This document shows positions 13,213-25,904 of a stretch of DNA of 64,000 bases, one piece after another. Numbering within the stretch: the stretch's first letter is position 1; each line of letters starts with the position of its first letter. The DNA comes from Trichosphaerium sp. ATCC 40318. Taxonomy: Eukaryota; Protista; Tubulinea. Location: positions 1 to 64,000 of the forward strand of contig JALMLS010000527.1 in assembly GCA_038496445.1 (NCBI GenBank), given 5' to 3'. A program made the translations under genes and the position numbers. Under the pieces are notes generated by a model that did no database searches, was not told where the DNA came from, and worked only from the letters and a program-made list of their open reading frames with translations.

Positions 13213-13684
13213 ATAAGGTTAAAATGTAATTGTAGTTCTTGTTGAGTTAAAAGAGATCTTTACCCTTCACTGTTGTTCACGTGATATAACTAATACAATA
13301 GGTACAACGTCAGGTTTAAGTGACTTGAATTTACATTCCAAGTTGGCGTTGTTTCAAGGCTTTAGATAGCCGTGTGCTCAAAAATTTTGTGCTTTCTGGT
13401 TTTGATTGACATAGCAAAGTTCCAAACGAATACATGTTCGAAAAAAGCTTGTGCTACTCGAATAAATAAATTCAAATAGTTTGGCCCATTGTGTTTTTGA
13501 TAAAATTTCGGTACGTTCTTTTAGATCTTCGCTGGATTGACAACACAACAGCCAAAATCATGAAAGTCAAAGCAGTTCCCACATTTCCAAATGATTTGAT
13601 TGAAAACCGTGATAAGTAATAGAATTCTTATTTACAACATCCTCTACAATTGCAACAACTCTCTAAATCGTACAATACCTTGTC

Positions 13685-14462
13685 ATGGGAGAGCCTTCAC
13701 CAAAAAAGGTACCGAATAAACTCTCATTTACAACTTGTGCTTTGTTCTAATTTCCAAAAATTATAGAGAAACACCTCCAAATATACACTTGTCAAAGATA
13801 GTAACCTCTTGTACGCTCTTCCCCTAGAGCTGCAACTGGATATTATCGATCTAGATACAGAAGTATATTTAAAGTGGCCTCTGTTATCAAGATTCGCTGC
13901 AACAACCACCAGATTCGATGATAACATGCAAAAGCACGGGAAATGGCTTCGCCATAGATACATTAAGATTGATAATACAGTCGTAAAATCGTACCTCTTG
14001 GTTCAAGAGTTATGGAATCACAATGAGCTTAGCGGAACGTATCAAACTTGGCATACCAATGGCCAACTCAAGGAGAAATTAAACTTTGTGAATGGCACAG
14101 AACAAGGAAAATACAAGGCATGGCATGATAATGGCCAACTAGAATATGTGGTGTTTATGCGCAATGGTGAGGAACACGGAGAGTACAAAGAATGGAATGA
14201 AAAGGGTGACCCCATTGCAGCGGGACTCTATGTTGACGGTATCAAGCAGGGAACTTACAAAACCTGGAGCTACTTTTCTGGTACTGTACAAGAGAGCTAT
14301 TACGAAAAAGATATACTGAAGTGCACATTGCAGAAGAAAGAGAGCGAAGATCATAAAATTGAGCATATTTATTCGTATGCAAATGATCAGGTTTCTGCCG
14401 TAATTTCAAGAGTGGAAAGAGATGGTACTCGTATTGAATTAGGCAAACTAGGTCCTGTGTAG
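13685..14462 (+). CDS. F-box-like + MORN-variant (YwqK-like) repeat protein, copy 1
   Basis: Exon 1 MGEPSPKK (13685-13708), phase-0 intron 13709-13766, then in frame with ORF 13809. 'LPLELQLDIIDL..KWPLLS' followed by GxYKxWHxNGQL repeats. Confidence 0.85.
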
Positions 14463-14739
14463 GCAGAGCAGTTTCTTGTATCTAGAGATATAACGGCGCA
14501 TAAAATAAAAACTTTGTTCGGTGAAGTCGGCTGTAGGGAGAAAAGCTAATACCTAAAGTATGGGTTGTTCTGCTCGTCTGTGTACATTATTATGATCACG
14601 TTGAAATGCAGCACAGGTTTCGTGTCACAATAGTAGAGACAATCTCAAACTTGCGCAAAATCTGTGTCGTGAAAAGCTAGTAAGTTTTATTGTGCTTGTT
14701 TCGTGAAAATACTTAATTTAATAAGCATTCGTTGATTAT

Positions 14740-16336
14740 TCAGTATTCAAAGAGGTGTGGTATAGATTTATCAAACTGTCCCAATGAATAGTGTACAAAT
14801 TCATTCTCATACGTAACGATAGAAGCCATGAAATTAAGGTGGCGGTACTTTGGATAGCTAGGCCACTTACGTCCAGTCCTTCTTTTATCAACATACTTAA
14901 GGGTTTTTAGAGACAGAATAGCTTCGTCAGTGAGATGGTCACAATTCCTAATACCGAGTGTATGCACACCTATTAACGATCTAATACCTTCATCCGTAAC
15001 TGATGTACTATTAAGATTAATAGCATGAACTCCTGCTAGTTTTTTAATACCAATGTCTGTGACCAATGTGCGAGTGAGGTCGATTGTATGAACACCTGCA
15101 AGTGATTTGATTCCTTCATCTGTCACTTGAGTACCTCCAAGGTGAATGGCATGAACACCCGCCAGAGTTTTAACACCTTCGTCTGTTACATTGGCACCCT
15201 GAAGGAAAATAGTATGAACGCCTTGTAGTGCTTTGATACCTTCATCTGTAACTGCAGTGCCATTTAGATAGATGGTATGAACTCCTGCAAGTTCCTTTAC
15301 GCCTTCATCTGTCACCTTTGTATTATTAAGGAAGATAGTATGAACACCTTTTAATGGTTTAATACCATCATCTGTAACCACAGTTTCATTAAGATATATT
15401 GTGTGTACTCCTGCAAGTGACTTAATACCTTTATCTGTCACTGCTGTGTAAGAAAGGTTAATGGAATGAACACCTTTTAATGACTTGATGCCTTCATCTG
15501 TCACGTTTTTGCAGTTTAAAAGATCAATGGTATGAACTCCTGCAAGTGCTTTGAGTCCTTCATCTGCAACTTTGGTGAGAGTAAGGTCAATTGTATGAAC
15601 TCCTTTCAATGCCTTTATGCCTTCATCTGTAACATTGTTGCAACGAAAAAGAGAAATAAAATGCACTCCTTCAAGATATTTCAGATCACAGTCGTTGATA
15701 GCTCCCCAACCTCTGTATGTCAACTTACGGTTTCTTCTGAATGAAGTATCAATGTGTTTACATCCAGACAATAATGAATATAATGTATTGTTTTCAACAT
15801 TCATCACAATGGCACTATTGTTCATGATACCTTTGTACTGTCTGATCTTTAATATGTCTGGAATATCGTAAATATAGACTCTTTCATATCCAACAACCTG
15901 ATGGATGATATCAGCCATCACACGACATGACTGAGCTACAGCAAATCTTGATTTTGCTTCTGTATGACTTAAAATCGTAGAAATAATTTCTGGGAAATTG
16001 ATGATATTCACAACCTTCTTCTGTGACCTCATTCCGCTATTGTTTGTTTTTAACAAGAAAACTTGAATTTAGAACGTACAGTCTTGTTTGTTTGTGTTTT
16101 GGTAGTGATACATCATGTCCTGTGCGCTGTTTGGTTCTTTTAACATCAGGATCTATGTTTTTGAAGAGGTAATCGTCTAGTTGTTGCGCAAGCCTTGCAT
16201 TTGCAGCGTTTAAGATAATTTCAAGTTGATTTGTGAATAGTTGTCGTTGGTTTGCAATGATTGTGCCAAACTCTTCTGCATAATTATTACAATAGTACGT
16301 GATAGCTTGATCTACTGAAACGCCTGAGAAATTCAT
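14740..16336 (-). CDS. F-box-like + 21-aa LRR protein, copy 1 (12 repeats)
   Basis: ORF 16037-16336 is exon 1. Intron 16037-16079 (GTACGT..CAATAG, phase 2) joins it in frame to ORF 14740-16056. 'FPEIISTILSH..SRFAVAQSCR' F-box-like; repeats LxGVHxIxLxxTxVTDEGIKx. Confidence 0.88.
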
Positions 16337-16590
16337 CTGTTGCTTTCCGTAGTAAAAAGGTACAATTCACACAAAGGCATACTTAAGCATACATTTATGA
16401 CTTAACCAAGACTTCAAGCAAGAGTCAATAGCAGCCCTATACCTTACAGTAACGATGGAAATGCCATTTTATTTAGAACCTGTACGATCATGTTAGTGAT
16501 AGGTAACAAGGCAATAACCTTTGTAATTCGTAATTTGTTTCACCTGTGCAATCTTTTTATTTTATTTACAATGTCTATTGCATTAGTTTT

Positions 16591-19500
16591 CTACCGTCTT
16601 GATTGACGAGAACCAGGTTTATTGGGTGGTTGCGGCCTAAACGGAGACTGATGCACATTATGATGTCTTTGATTCATTAATGGATTTGGAATAAAATGTC
16701 CATTTGGAGCCGTATTCGGAGACCTGTGTGGCGGCATGTTTGGCATGTTTGGAGGCATGTGTGGCGACCTATGAGGCGCCATGTGTGGCTGCATATGTGG
16801 TGGCATATGTGGTGGCATTTGTGGTGGCATGTGCGGTGGCATTTGTGGCATTGGCATAGCTGAGTATGGAATATGTCCGTGCTGGGGTGGTGTCATCATA
16901 GGTGGTCTTTGTTGGTGTAAGGGCATAGGATGATGCATTGGAGGAGGCATGCCACGACCTGGTGGACCAGGTCTGAAAGGAGAAGCTCCATGATTTGTAT
17001 TTCGGTAATTACGTATTGGAGTTACTTGAGGTGAATTAAGATTTGGAAGCCTAGGTACTTGAAAATTATTTAAAAGTGGGTTCCTTATTACAGGTGAACT
17101 TCCCAAGCTATTATGCCTTCGCACAACCGATGATGGACTCTGGTATCTACCCAATGGCGACTCACTATAAAATCGTCCCCAATGATTAGGTGTACGTCTA
17201 CTGAGTGGTGTACTGTAGCCAGATCTTTGTAGGTAAGGAGAAGGCGTTTGTTTGTCTGCATATTTTTGGGTGTAAAATTTGTGTGCAGTGACTGGTGTGC
17301 TTGGTACTGAAGGTGCTGGAGATTCTGGTCCTTTGTACTTGAAGCTATAGTCAGTCTCAACTTTGAATCCATGTTTTTCAATAAATGCTATCCAATTACT
17401 CCAATGTTCATCTGAAGAAAGAGTCTTACTGTCACCTGGAAGTATCAAATTTAGTTCTCCTGCTAAACAAAATATTCAATGTTGTGCGTACCAACAACAA
17501 TTAGACCACGTTTAGCACGTGTCAAAGATACATTCAAACGTCTCCAATCTTTAAGAAATCCAACAGTTTTCTACATTAATTCAGGGTTAGTTACAGGCAG
17601 GACAAGGTTGGTTATATAAAGGTGGCAATACCTTTTCGTTTGCTCTAACAGTTGATATAACAATAATATCTTTTTCTTGTCCTTGAAAGGAATCTACAGT
17701 TGCTATATTCACTACAAAGACATAATGAGTTGCAACTCGAAGTGGGTGTAAAACAGAAATGTTCAAAGAGGTCCTAACGATGTACGTACATCCTCCTGCA
17801 AGTTGTGTTTTACCATGTTCACCTTCATCGTCTCTATCATTAACCCTTTTCTCTAAAAAGTATTTATCTGCTTTGAACCTACTCCGTAAAAGCTTTGCTT
17901 GTCCTCTATAAGGTGTAATAACACCTTAAGTATCTAGTAAGTAAAACGTTGTACATCAATCTATAAGTGTGAAAACGTTGATCGTTCTAAACGTACCAAT
18001 ATCAGAACGTGCAACTTCATTATTTTTCAGCAGCTCCCTTACTATTTGCACTACACGATTTGCTTCTTCTTTATTTGTAATGGACTTTCCACGACCCAAA
18101 GATAGCTCAACTGTTTCTGCCTAAAAAAAGTAAATTTTTTGGATTTGTTAGTCTCGACGACGCACCAAGTCAATGAATACAATAGGTTTTCCGCGAGGAA
18201 ATCCAAGAGGTACAGGGCGTTCAGCTTTGCTAATTTTTAATTTAGTAAAGAGTAAATGCAGTCAATCATAAGGAAAACATGAAAGAAGTTTAACGTTTTT
18301 TTAAGTGTCCACGCACGTGACGCCATCTGTAATATTTCCTTCATAAAACTCCTTTGATGGAAACGCAGCTATACTAGGGTGCATCCTATTTACCACAACA
18401 TAAGTTCATAACCAAATACCCAATAATAAACATACCTGTACTGAACATTCATCATGATTGGCTTAACACCATCTTCAACTAACCTGCCAAAAAGCGATTT
18501 GGCTAATCCTCCATCCTGAGCCTTACGACTTCTCACTGTGGGTGGTAACTATTAAAAATTTAGTCATTGTCATTGCACTTTAGGACAGTGGATAGTACTT
18601 GATGGTGATCACCAAACATGACAAGCTTTTGTGCTTCATGAGATAAAGGAACAAGTGCAGCCGGTTCAATACATTGCGCTGCTTCATCCATTACCACCAC
18701 TGGAAAGTACATTGATTCTAGAACGTGACTACCAGCTCCAATAGCTGTAGAGCAAATAACTTCAGCCTCCCTTAAGATATCTCTTGTGATTGCCTTTGAA
18801 GTCGTATTGATTTCAGCTTTTCTCTTTCTCTTTTGATCTAGAATGTTTCGTTAATTTCTTTGAAAAACACGAGCTAGTACGTGCCATAAGTAAATACAGA
18901 TTGTGACTGATCATAAGTATCACGAAGCTTCATTAATTTTTTATATCTAGGATCTTCTTTTACCAAGGCATCGAGCGTTACGCCTTGTACCTCAGGACTT
19001 GCCTTGATAATAATTAAGTAATCTGTGAATTTGAGGCTAAAAGTGTACCTTTACAGCGCTACCTACACGGACTGCCTTAACGCCCATGGTCAATAAACCT
19101 TCAAGTATATTGTCTGTTGCAACATTGGTAAATGCACAAACAAGTATAGGTACATTTGCTTCTTTGTACTTATCGACTAGAAGCCTCAGTATTACTGTAG
19201 CCACATGCTTACAATAATGTGAGTAAGAAAGTAATCGTACTATCTCTCGGTACCGTTTTACCAGTTCCAGGAGGACCTTGCACAAGTACAACAGCGTTGT
19301 TGAATACTGTAAGATGATTAGACTAGAATTAGAGGAATGTAACTATTATCACCTTTCTCTATAACTTCGTGTTGGCTCTTATTAAGTCGGAACATTGATA
19401 AGTCTTCTTCTCTGCGTTACTGTTAATGGTTGAACCGAATATGTTGACACGTACGATAACTTATGTAGAGACTTCAACTTAGATGGCTTGGTGGCTGTAC

Positions 19501-20600
19501 TACGTTTTAATTTTGTGTTTATTATCAAGTTAGCGATTGGGTTAACCTTGGCTTGTAATAGAAGTAAGAAGAACATAAAAAAAATTTGTAGTGTACAAAT
19601 GTCTGGATGAAATTCTTTCGGTATATGTTCAAGATTCATTAAATCTGATACCCTATCAACCTTGCTTGATGTTGTATGCAATGCATCGATAATACGCTTA
19701 TGTGCTAGCAGATAACATAAGCAAAAGAAGTGTTGATTCTGATAAAAAAGAAAAACTTACAAACTGTGCTTCCTCCTTTGTCCATTCGCCATTTATCTTT
19801 ACTAACATCTAGAACCTCAATATCTTGAACCTCTACCTCTATCTTATCATTTGTTCTTCCAACAATAAGGCCTTCAAATTCAGCATTATCATATTTTCGT
19901 GAAACTTGCACCTGAACAAAGTTAATGGTTTTTAGGAACTTGAAACTTTACAACGTACCATGTCTCCCACAGAGAAGGAATTGTATGGTAATTCCAATCC
20001 GGTACTATTGGTAAACTGTATAGATGAATTTCCATAAATATCACCACTAGATCGTGCTATACTGTAGTGAGTAATCGAATAAAGTGGACTTCCTATAACC
20101 TTTAAGATCAAATAACGCCAACCCATCATTCTTTAATTGTGCCATCGACATTGCACGTGTTGCTTGCAACTCCTTAAGTTCTTCTTGCAACTCAAGTGTT
20201 AAGAGTTTTGTAAACTTTGTTTTATATGACTTGAGGTACAACGTGAGAAAAAAGTCCAACAATGAAAAACAAACATAAACGCAAAAAAAGTTGAGAATTT
20301 TGACAAGTCACTGCACATGTGTCACTATCAAAAATAGCTCTATTGCGTACCTTGCTTCTATTAACGGTTCTTGAGGATACAACCATGGGTAACCCGGCTG
20401 ATTTTTTTTGCGTAGGTTTTGTGTTCCTGGTACTTAACAGATTCATCATACGCTCTGCTTTCTTGGCGCGTTTTGAAGCAGTGACAGCGCGGTTGTTTTT
20501 TTGATACTGCTTTCGTTTCCTGCTGTTGTTGTTATTGTTCTTACGCCTTGTGGTACTATACATGTCAACAATGATGGCGATAGAGAACGTACGGCTTCAT
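16591..20600 (-). CDS. SF1B helicase, UPF1/IGHMBP2(SMUBP-2)/DNA2-NAM7 family, with Pro/Met/His-rich tail
   Basis: QGPPGTGKT, CAFTNVATDN, MDEAAQ, GDHHQLPP, QYRMHP, ITPYRGQ, TVDSFQGQEKD, RLNVSLTRAK across exons. Confidence 0.9.
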
Positions 20601-20752
20601 TTTGTACAGTTTCGTGTTAAATACAACGCGCCAAAACAGTTACTATTATTTACGCTAGAGTTAGCTTATTTACTATCTAATATTTGAATTCTGCAACGCT
20701 ATTGCGCTCTTAAGGCATAATACTGCTTACTTATCCATTAACGGACGTCAAA

Positions 20753-21974
20753 ATGGCGGCAGCCGTAAATGCGGCCGTTAGAGCCGCTGCTAGCATGAAT
20801 ACAATAATGATAAAAGGAAAACGTTACTATCAATCACTTGACGGCCCTAGCGAGCCTTTGCCGTCTGTTACAACAGTGTTGTCAACGATAAATAAGTACG
20901 AACATTGTTTAGTGACTTTAATAAGTGTTGTGAAGAGGCCCAGGATTATTGCGGTGGAATAAAGGACTGGTTGCAACTGGTTTCAGAAAAGAACTCATTA
21001 AACACACAGAGTTCAACACCGAGCCACTCGATTACAATGACGACGAAGGTGCGGCTTCCACACTGTATTTTACGCTCGAAAACGGCGCTTTAAACAAAAA
21101 TTATTACAAATGTCACCAACCAAACTTAAACTCACGCAATTGCATCTCTACGCGTATTTATTAACACCAATTAGTTATGCAACCGATAATCAGGTACATA
21201 CTTTTTATTTATAACGTAAATGTGTTGCAAGCACTTACTTGACAAAAGAGCCGCATGTAATCACCCTTCAGAAACATTAGAGGCGTTTTCAGATTTTGGA
21301 ACAAAGTCACATGACATTTTTGAAGGTAAGCGTTTGTTTCTTGTAAGATATGCCTAATTTGCTTTGAAGCAATTTTAAAGGGAGAAGAGATTGGAGAACT
21401 TGAACCTATGTTAATGCCTGTACGATTAATGACTCTGAAAGTTAAAAAACTAATTAAGAAATCAAAGGTTTACAACGGATTTAAATCTTGGGCAGCAAAA
21501 TATAAAATTGGGCCACAGATCATCAGTACAGAGAAACGACTAGTCTCATTGCGTTATAAATATGCTGGTGCAGTAGATGCAATCGGTAAATTATCAAATG
21601 GTGACTTGATAGTGTTTGGTAAACTCAATCTTTTTTTTTCTTTTTTGTTTTTTTGACAAATGAACCTTAGATTGGAAGACATCCAATAGCATTCATTTAG
21701 AACATGCTCTTCAAGTTTCTGCATATGCAAAGGCTTATGAAGAAATGACAGGCGAAAAAATATCAGCTGGTTACATAGTGCGATTTGATCGTGCTACGCC
21801 TACATATGAAATGAAGAAAATCAATGATCTGGAAGCAGCCTTCAAAACCTTTAGGGTACTTTGACGAACTTCTCTTTTGCTTGTTATTATACTAATGGAT
21901 ATCTAAAGGCGGCTCGTATGATTTTTGAGGTGTCTCGTAACCCAGAGCGAGTAATTGATCTCGAACAAAAATAA
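20753..21974 (+). CDS. PD-(D/E)XK (RecB-like) exonuclease, MGME1-like
   Basis: LPSVTTVL, GTKSH, EKRLVSLRYKYAGAVDAI, DWKTS, QVSAYAKAY; Ala-rich N-terminus. Confidence 0.8.
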
Positions 21975-22268
21975 ACAGAAAAAAAAAACCACAATGTAGA
22001 CGTAAATAAATGATCAGCAAACTACAAACACGGCATAAATGCTTTTTTAAGGAACCTTTACCTTTACGGCACAATCCCCCGAAGTGCAGTTAGTTAAAAA
22101 TATCAAACGCGTTTTTATTGAATGAAGTATGAATATGATGTCGTACTAAGTCAAAAAACAATACTATGCCATCAACAGTGTCTGAGCACTCGTAAATTCT
22201 CGAAGGTACTGGTACAACAGAAATTGCAACGGATTTAATATACAAATATAGCTACGCAACTAATTACT

Positions 22269-25200
22269 ATGGGTGACGCGTTGAGAGACAGTGGAGCAAA
22301 TTCTCTAAATAAAAAGCTTAATCAGCTCAAAGAACACGGCATTAAACTATTCAAAGCCAATAACTACACCAACGCATTAAAGTGCTTTGATAAAGTACTT
22401 CAATATCGTAGTGATGACACAGAAGCGCTCACGAACAAGGGACAAACACTGTATCACTCGCAGAAATACAAAGAAGCCATTGCGTGTTTTGACGCCGTTT
22501 TGGTTAGCCATCAAAGTTTAATTCAACTGACGCTCATTCTCGACAATAGAAATTAGTCCCAAATGATACTGACGCACTCAATAACAAAGGAAATACATTG
22601 TGCCAACTTGGTGAATACGGTAGCGCGTTAAAATGCTATGAACAGGTACGCACGAGTCTGTACATACCTCCAGCTTCCTAAAACCATTAGGTCCTAATTG
22701 TTGAACCAAACCATTCCCAAGCACTAAAAAATCGAAATATTGGTTTACGCGCTCAAGGTACGTATTACGGACAACGTACAACTAAACTCCGAATACAGGC
22801 AAAGAATTAGTGACAGCTCTACAAGAATGTGAAGAAGAATTACAAGAAACCAGTGCGTACTAAGGGCATTAAAAGCAACAATATTGTAGTAACATTGCGT
22901 CTATCTAGATGATAAAGCAGATAAACTAGACAAAGAAATAGCAGTTCTTAAACAAAGATATCAACAGTTAAAGCGCTCAGCTTCTCAAAATAATAATAAT
23001 TCTGCAACAAATAATAGTAAGCTTTCACGCATAACGAAACGGTACTCACCTCTATTTTAGGTCAACGTGCGACATCCAATCCGGTACATTAAAGAATTCC
23101 TTTCAACTCTTAACGTATAGTAACGCTTTAATAGAATACTGTTGAAGATAGAGAACGCGAACAAATTCAGAGTACATCCATTTGGGGAAGAAATATCTTG
23201 CTTACCCTTTTCGTTAGAAAACCTGAATTCATTCCGTAATCGGTTAGATGACCTTGATAAGACAAAACGAGAACTAGAAGCAAAAGAACGAGAGCTACAA
23301 GAGAAGCAAGAAGCGTTACTTCAACAAGAGAGTGAGATTATAGATAAGAAGACTAAGCATAAATTACGAAGGCAACAAACATTAAAAGAGCTTATGGATG
23401 CCCGATTAGAAGTACAAAAAGAAAAAGCTGCTTTAGAGAAGGAGAGGTCTCGTGTACAGCAGGTATACCACTGTAAAGGCACCAATGTACTTACTTCCTA
23501 TAACAGCGCATAGAAGTCGAGCGTAAAAAGCTGTCAGATAGATTAGAGAGCCTTGCGACAAAGGAACAACGTTTGGGTGGGTTTTTATTATGAAAAGTTG
23601 TCACGTGACTTTAATTAATTTGTTTTGAAAAGAGGGAGAGCGAAAGAAACTTCAGAATGAACGTGAAGTACTCGAAAAGTTAATAGAGCAACGACAGCGT
23701 GAATCCGTTAATGAATCTATGGAGAAGCTTAATCAAGCTATAAAGAAGAAGAATCTTGCAAAGATACGCAAGTTGCTTCAAGGCGGTATGGTTTTTATTT
23801 CTTTTCACAATTCCTTTACTGAGTTTTTGCCTAGGTGCCGATAGAACAGAAAGAGATGATTTAGGCGCAACGCCTTTACATCACGCCGCAAAAACTGGAA
23901 AGCTTAGTATAGTTGAGATATTACTCGACCCATCTTATGGCGGTATTGATCCTCCATTTGTTGGTTCGTATTTAGAAAAAAAGAAGATCTACAGCAGAAG
24001 TTTACAATTAAAAAATTATCTGATTTGACGGTTTTAGGCATAAAGGATAAAGAAGGGAAAACGGCCATAGATTGGGCCAATGATAGTGGTGCTCCTAAGC
24101 GTGTAAGTATTTCGTAGATGATTTTTTTTGTATTGTTGTTGGGATTACAATCTTACACGTTTAGGTTCGTGAATTGCTTCAACGCAAAGAACAGGAAGAA
24201 AAGGTAGCGCCCTTTATAAAACGGTCTATATTTTTTTTCATTGTTTACGATCAGGTTGAAGCCGAAAGTCGTGAACAATTCCTTGTTGAAGACCTTTACA
24301 AGAGCGAACTACGATACCAGCAAATATACAGTGCATGTATGGCGCGTACGTCTATTTTATTGAGAAACAAAAAGCATGCAGTGACCAAGAAGAATCAAAC
24401 TAAAACCTACAATTTGCTTACCTGATGAGCTTTATTTAGCAACAACTGCTTGGTCTATGATTGAGAAAAAGAACATTGCTGAGATATATTACCGTTACAA
24501 GCACTTTTACCATCCGTTCTTGAAGACAACAAAGCTTTTTAAGGCACGTGGGTTTTTTTAATTTTTATCAATTTTATTAACTTCTCACGTGTCTAGTCTG
24601 TTACTTTTGACATCACTGCGTATACCAATGATGGCACAGAGCCAAAGCGTTTGCGCTCTGAAGAGTCCAGAGTGCGTTTTTATGAACAAGGACAATCAAC
24701 CATCAAAAACAACAAATTCTGATGAGGTTTTATTGTAGTATGCAAACAAGGCGACAAAATTACACAAAGTTGAAGTTCCAAAATTTGAGCGTGATCACGT
24801 GTTCCCTTTCAAGAATTTACACGATTATATCTTGGTATGTTGAGGAAGAGCAACCACCTTTTTGTATTTTTTTTTGGTGATTTTTGATTGTAGGGCATTG
24901 TCAACTTGTCTACAAATGAAGTCAATACTCTACTACAAAAGATATCATCCACAGATATGCTAAATATTTTTGATAAAAACTCTTTGTCTTATGAATCTCT
25001 AAACGAACTTATAAAGAATTGGGGTGACTCTAAGAAGGTACAAACATCTCCTTTACTATTTTTTTCTCATCAAGTTTTTTTCGTCTTTCTTTTTATTTAA
25101 AACAACATCTGCCCGCAGTTTATTTATTGTATTAGACTTGTAAGGAAGTCAAAAAACTTGATGAGCTTTATAAAGAAAATAACATGAAGCTTCAATCACT

Positions 25201-25904
25201 ATTATACGTTGCAGAATTTTATGTTCTTACATCTCGACGTGCGAAGATTATGCTTAATATTCTTGACTACACTCCTCAAGGTACATCATATAATCCTAAA
25301 CAATTTAATTTAAGACTGACACGTTTTATTACCCACCAGCTTTGGAACGATTTGTTGGATTTGCAGCTGATATTGGTACGTTTTTATAAGCTTTCAAAAA
25401 AGTTGATGTTTCCTCTTGTTTTGTTTTGATGTTTGATTTAGAAGCACGTGTTCAGTCTAAAAATAAAATATATGATACGGCATTACAATGCCTCACTGGC
25501 GCAAGTGCTAAGAAAGTTCATGATTGTGTATTACATATGAACGTGCTACCATTGCTCACTGAGGTAAGCATCAATCACACTTAATATGTTATTCTTCTGT
25601 ATCGGTTTTAGTTAAAACTTTTTGTTGTTTTCTTTCTTTTTCTTACAAGTTATTTTAGATCATTAAAGCCTTGGAGGCTGTTAAGGAAGAAAAATCTGGC
25701 AGTCTGTTTGATAATACTTCTTCTGTAAAGAAACTAACAAAGAGTGTTCATGGTGCACTTAAGAACTTGGTAGAGACTCATTGTGGTAAAATTCGTTTGA
25801 CACCTGTTGCTGAAAGTGATACTCTTGATTTTAAAAGACGTGTTAAAGCTATAGATATGTATAAAAAAGTTTTAGAAGAGCAGATTAGTAGATGGAAACC
25901 TTAA
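22269..25904 (+). CDS. TPR - coiled coil - ankyrin - DH(RhoGEF)-like multidomain protein
   Basis: TPRs (ALKCFDKVL, AIACFDAVL), long coiled coil, ankyrin GATPLHHAAKTGKLSIVEILL and GKTAIDWA, DH-like EDLYKSELRY and LQSLL...MLNILDYTP. One-gene model is inferred. Confidence 0.6.

Noticed and set aside
13809-14462. Bacterial YwqJK toxin-antitoxin pair
   Set aside because: The similarity is only to the generic MORN-variant repeat; there is no deaminase toxin partner and the gene structure is eukaryotic.
14740-16056. Diversity-generating retroelement or CRISPR-like array behind the repeat variation
   Set aside because: No reverse transcriptase, no adenine-specific TR/VR pair, no repeat-spacer structure; these are in-frame protein repeats.
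16037-16336. Independent small gene upstream of the LRR gene (also 47078-47443)
   Set aside because: Joins the LRR ORF in frame through a canonical 43-44 nt intron in both copies.
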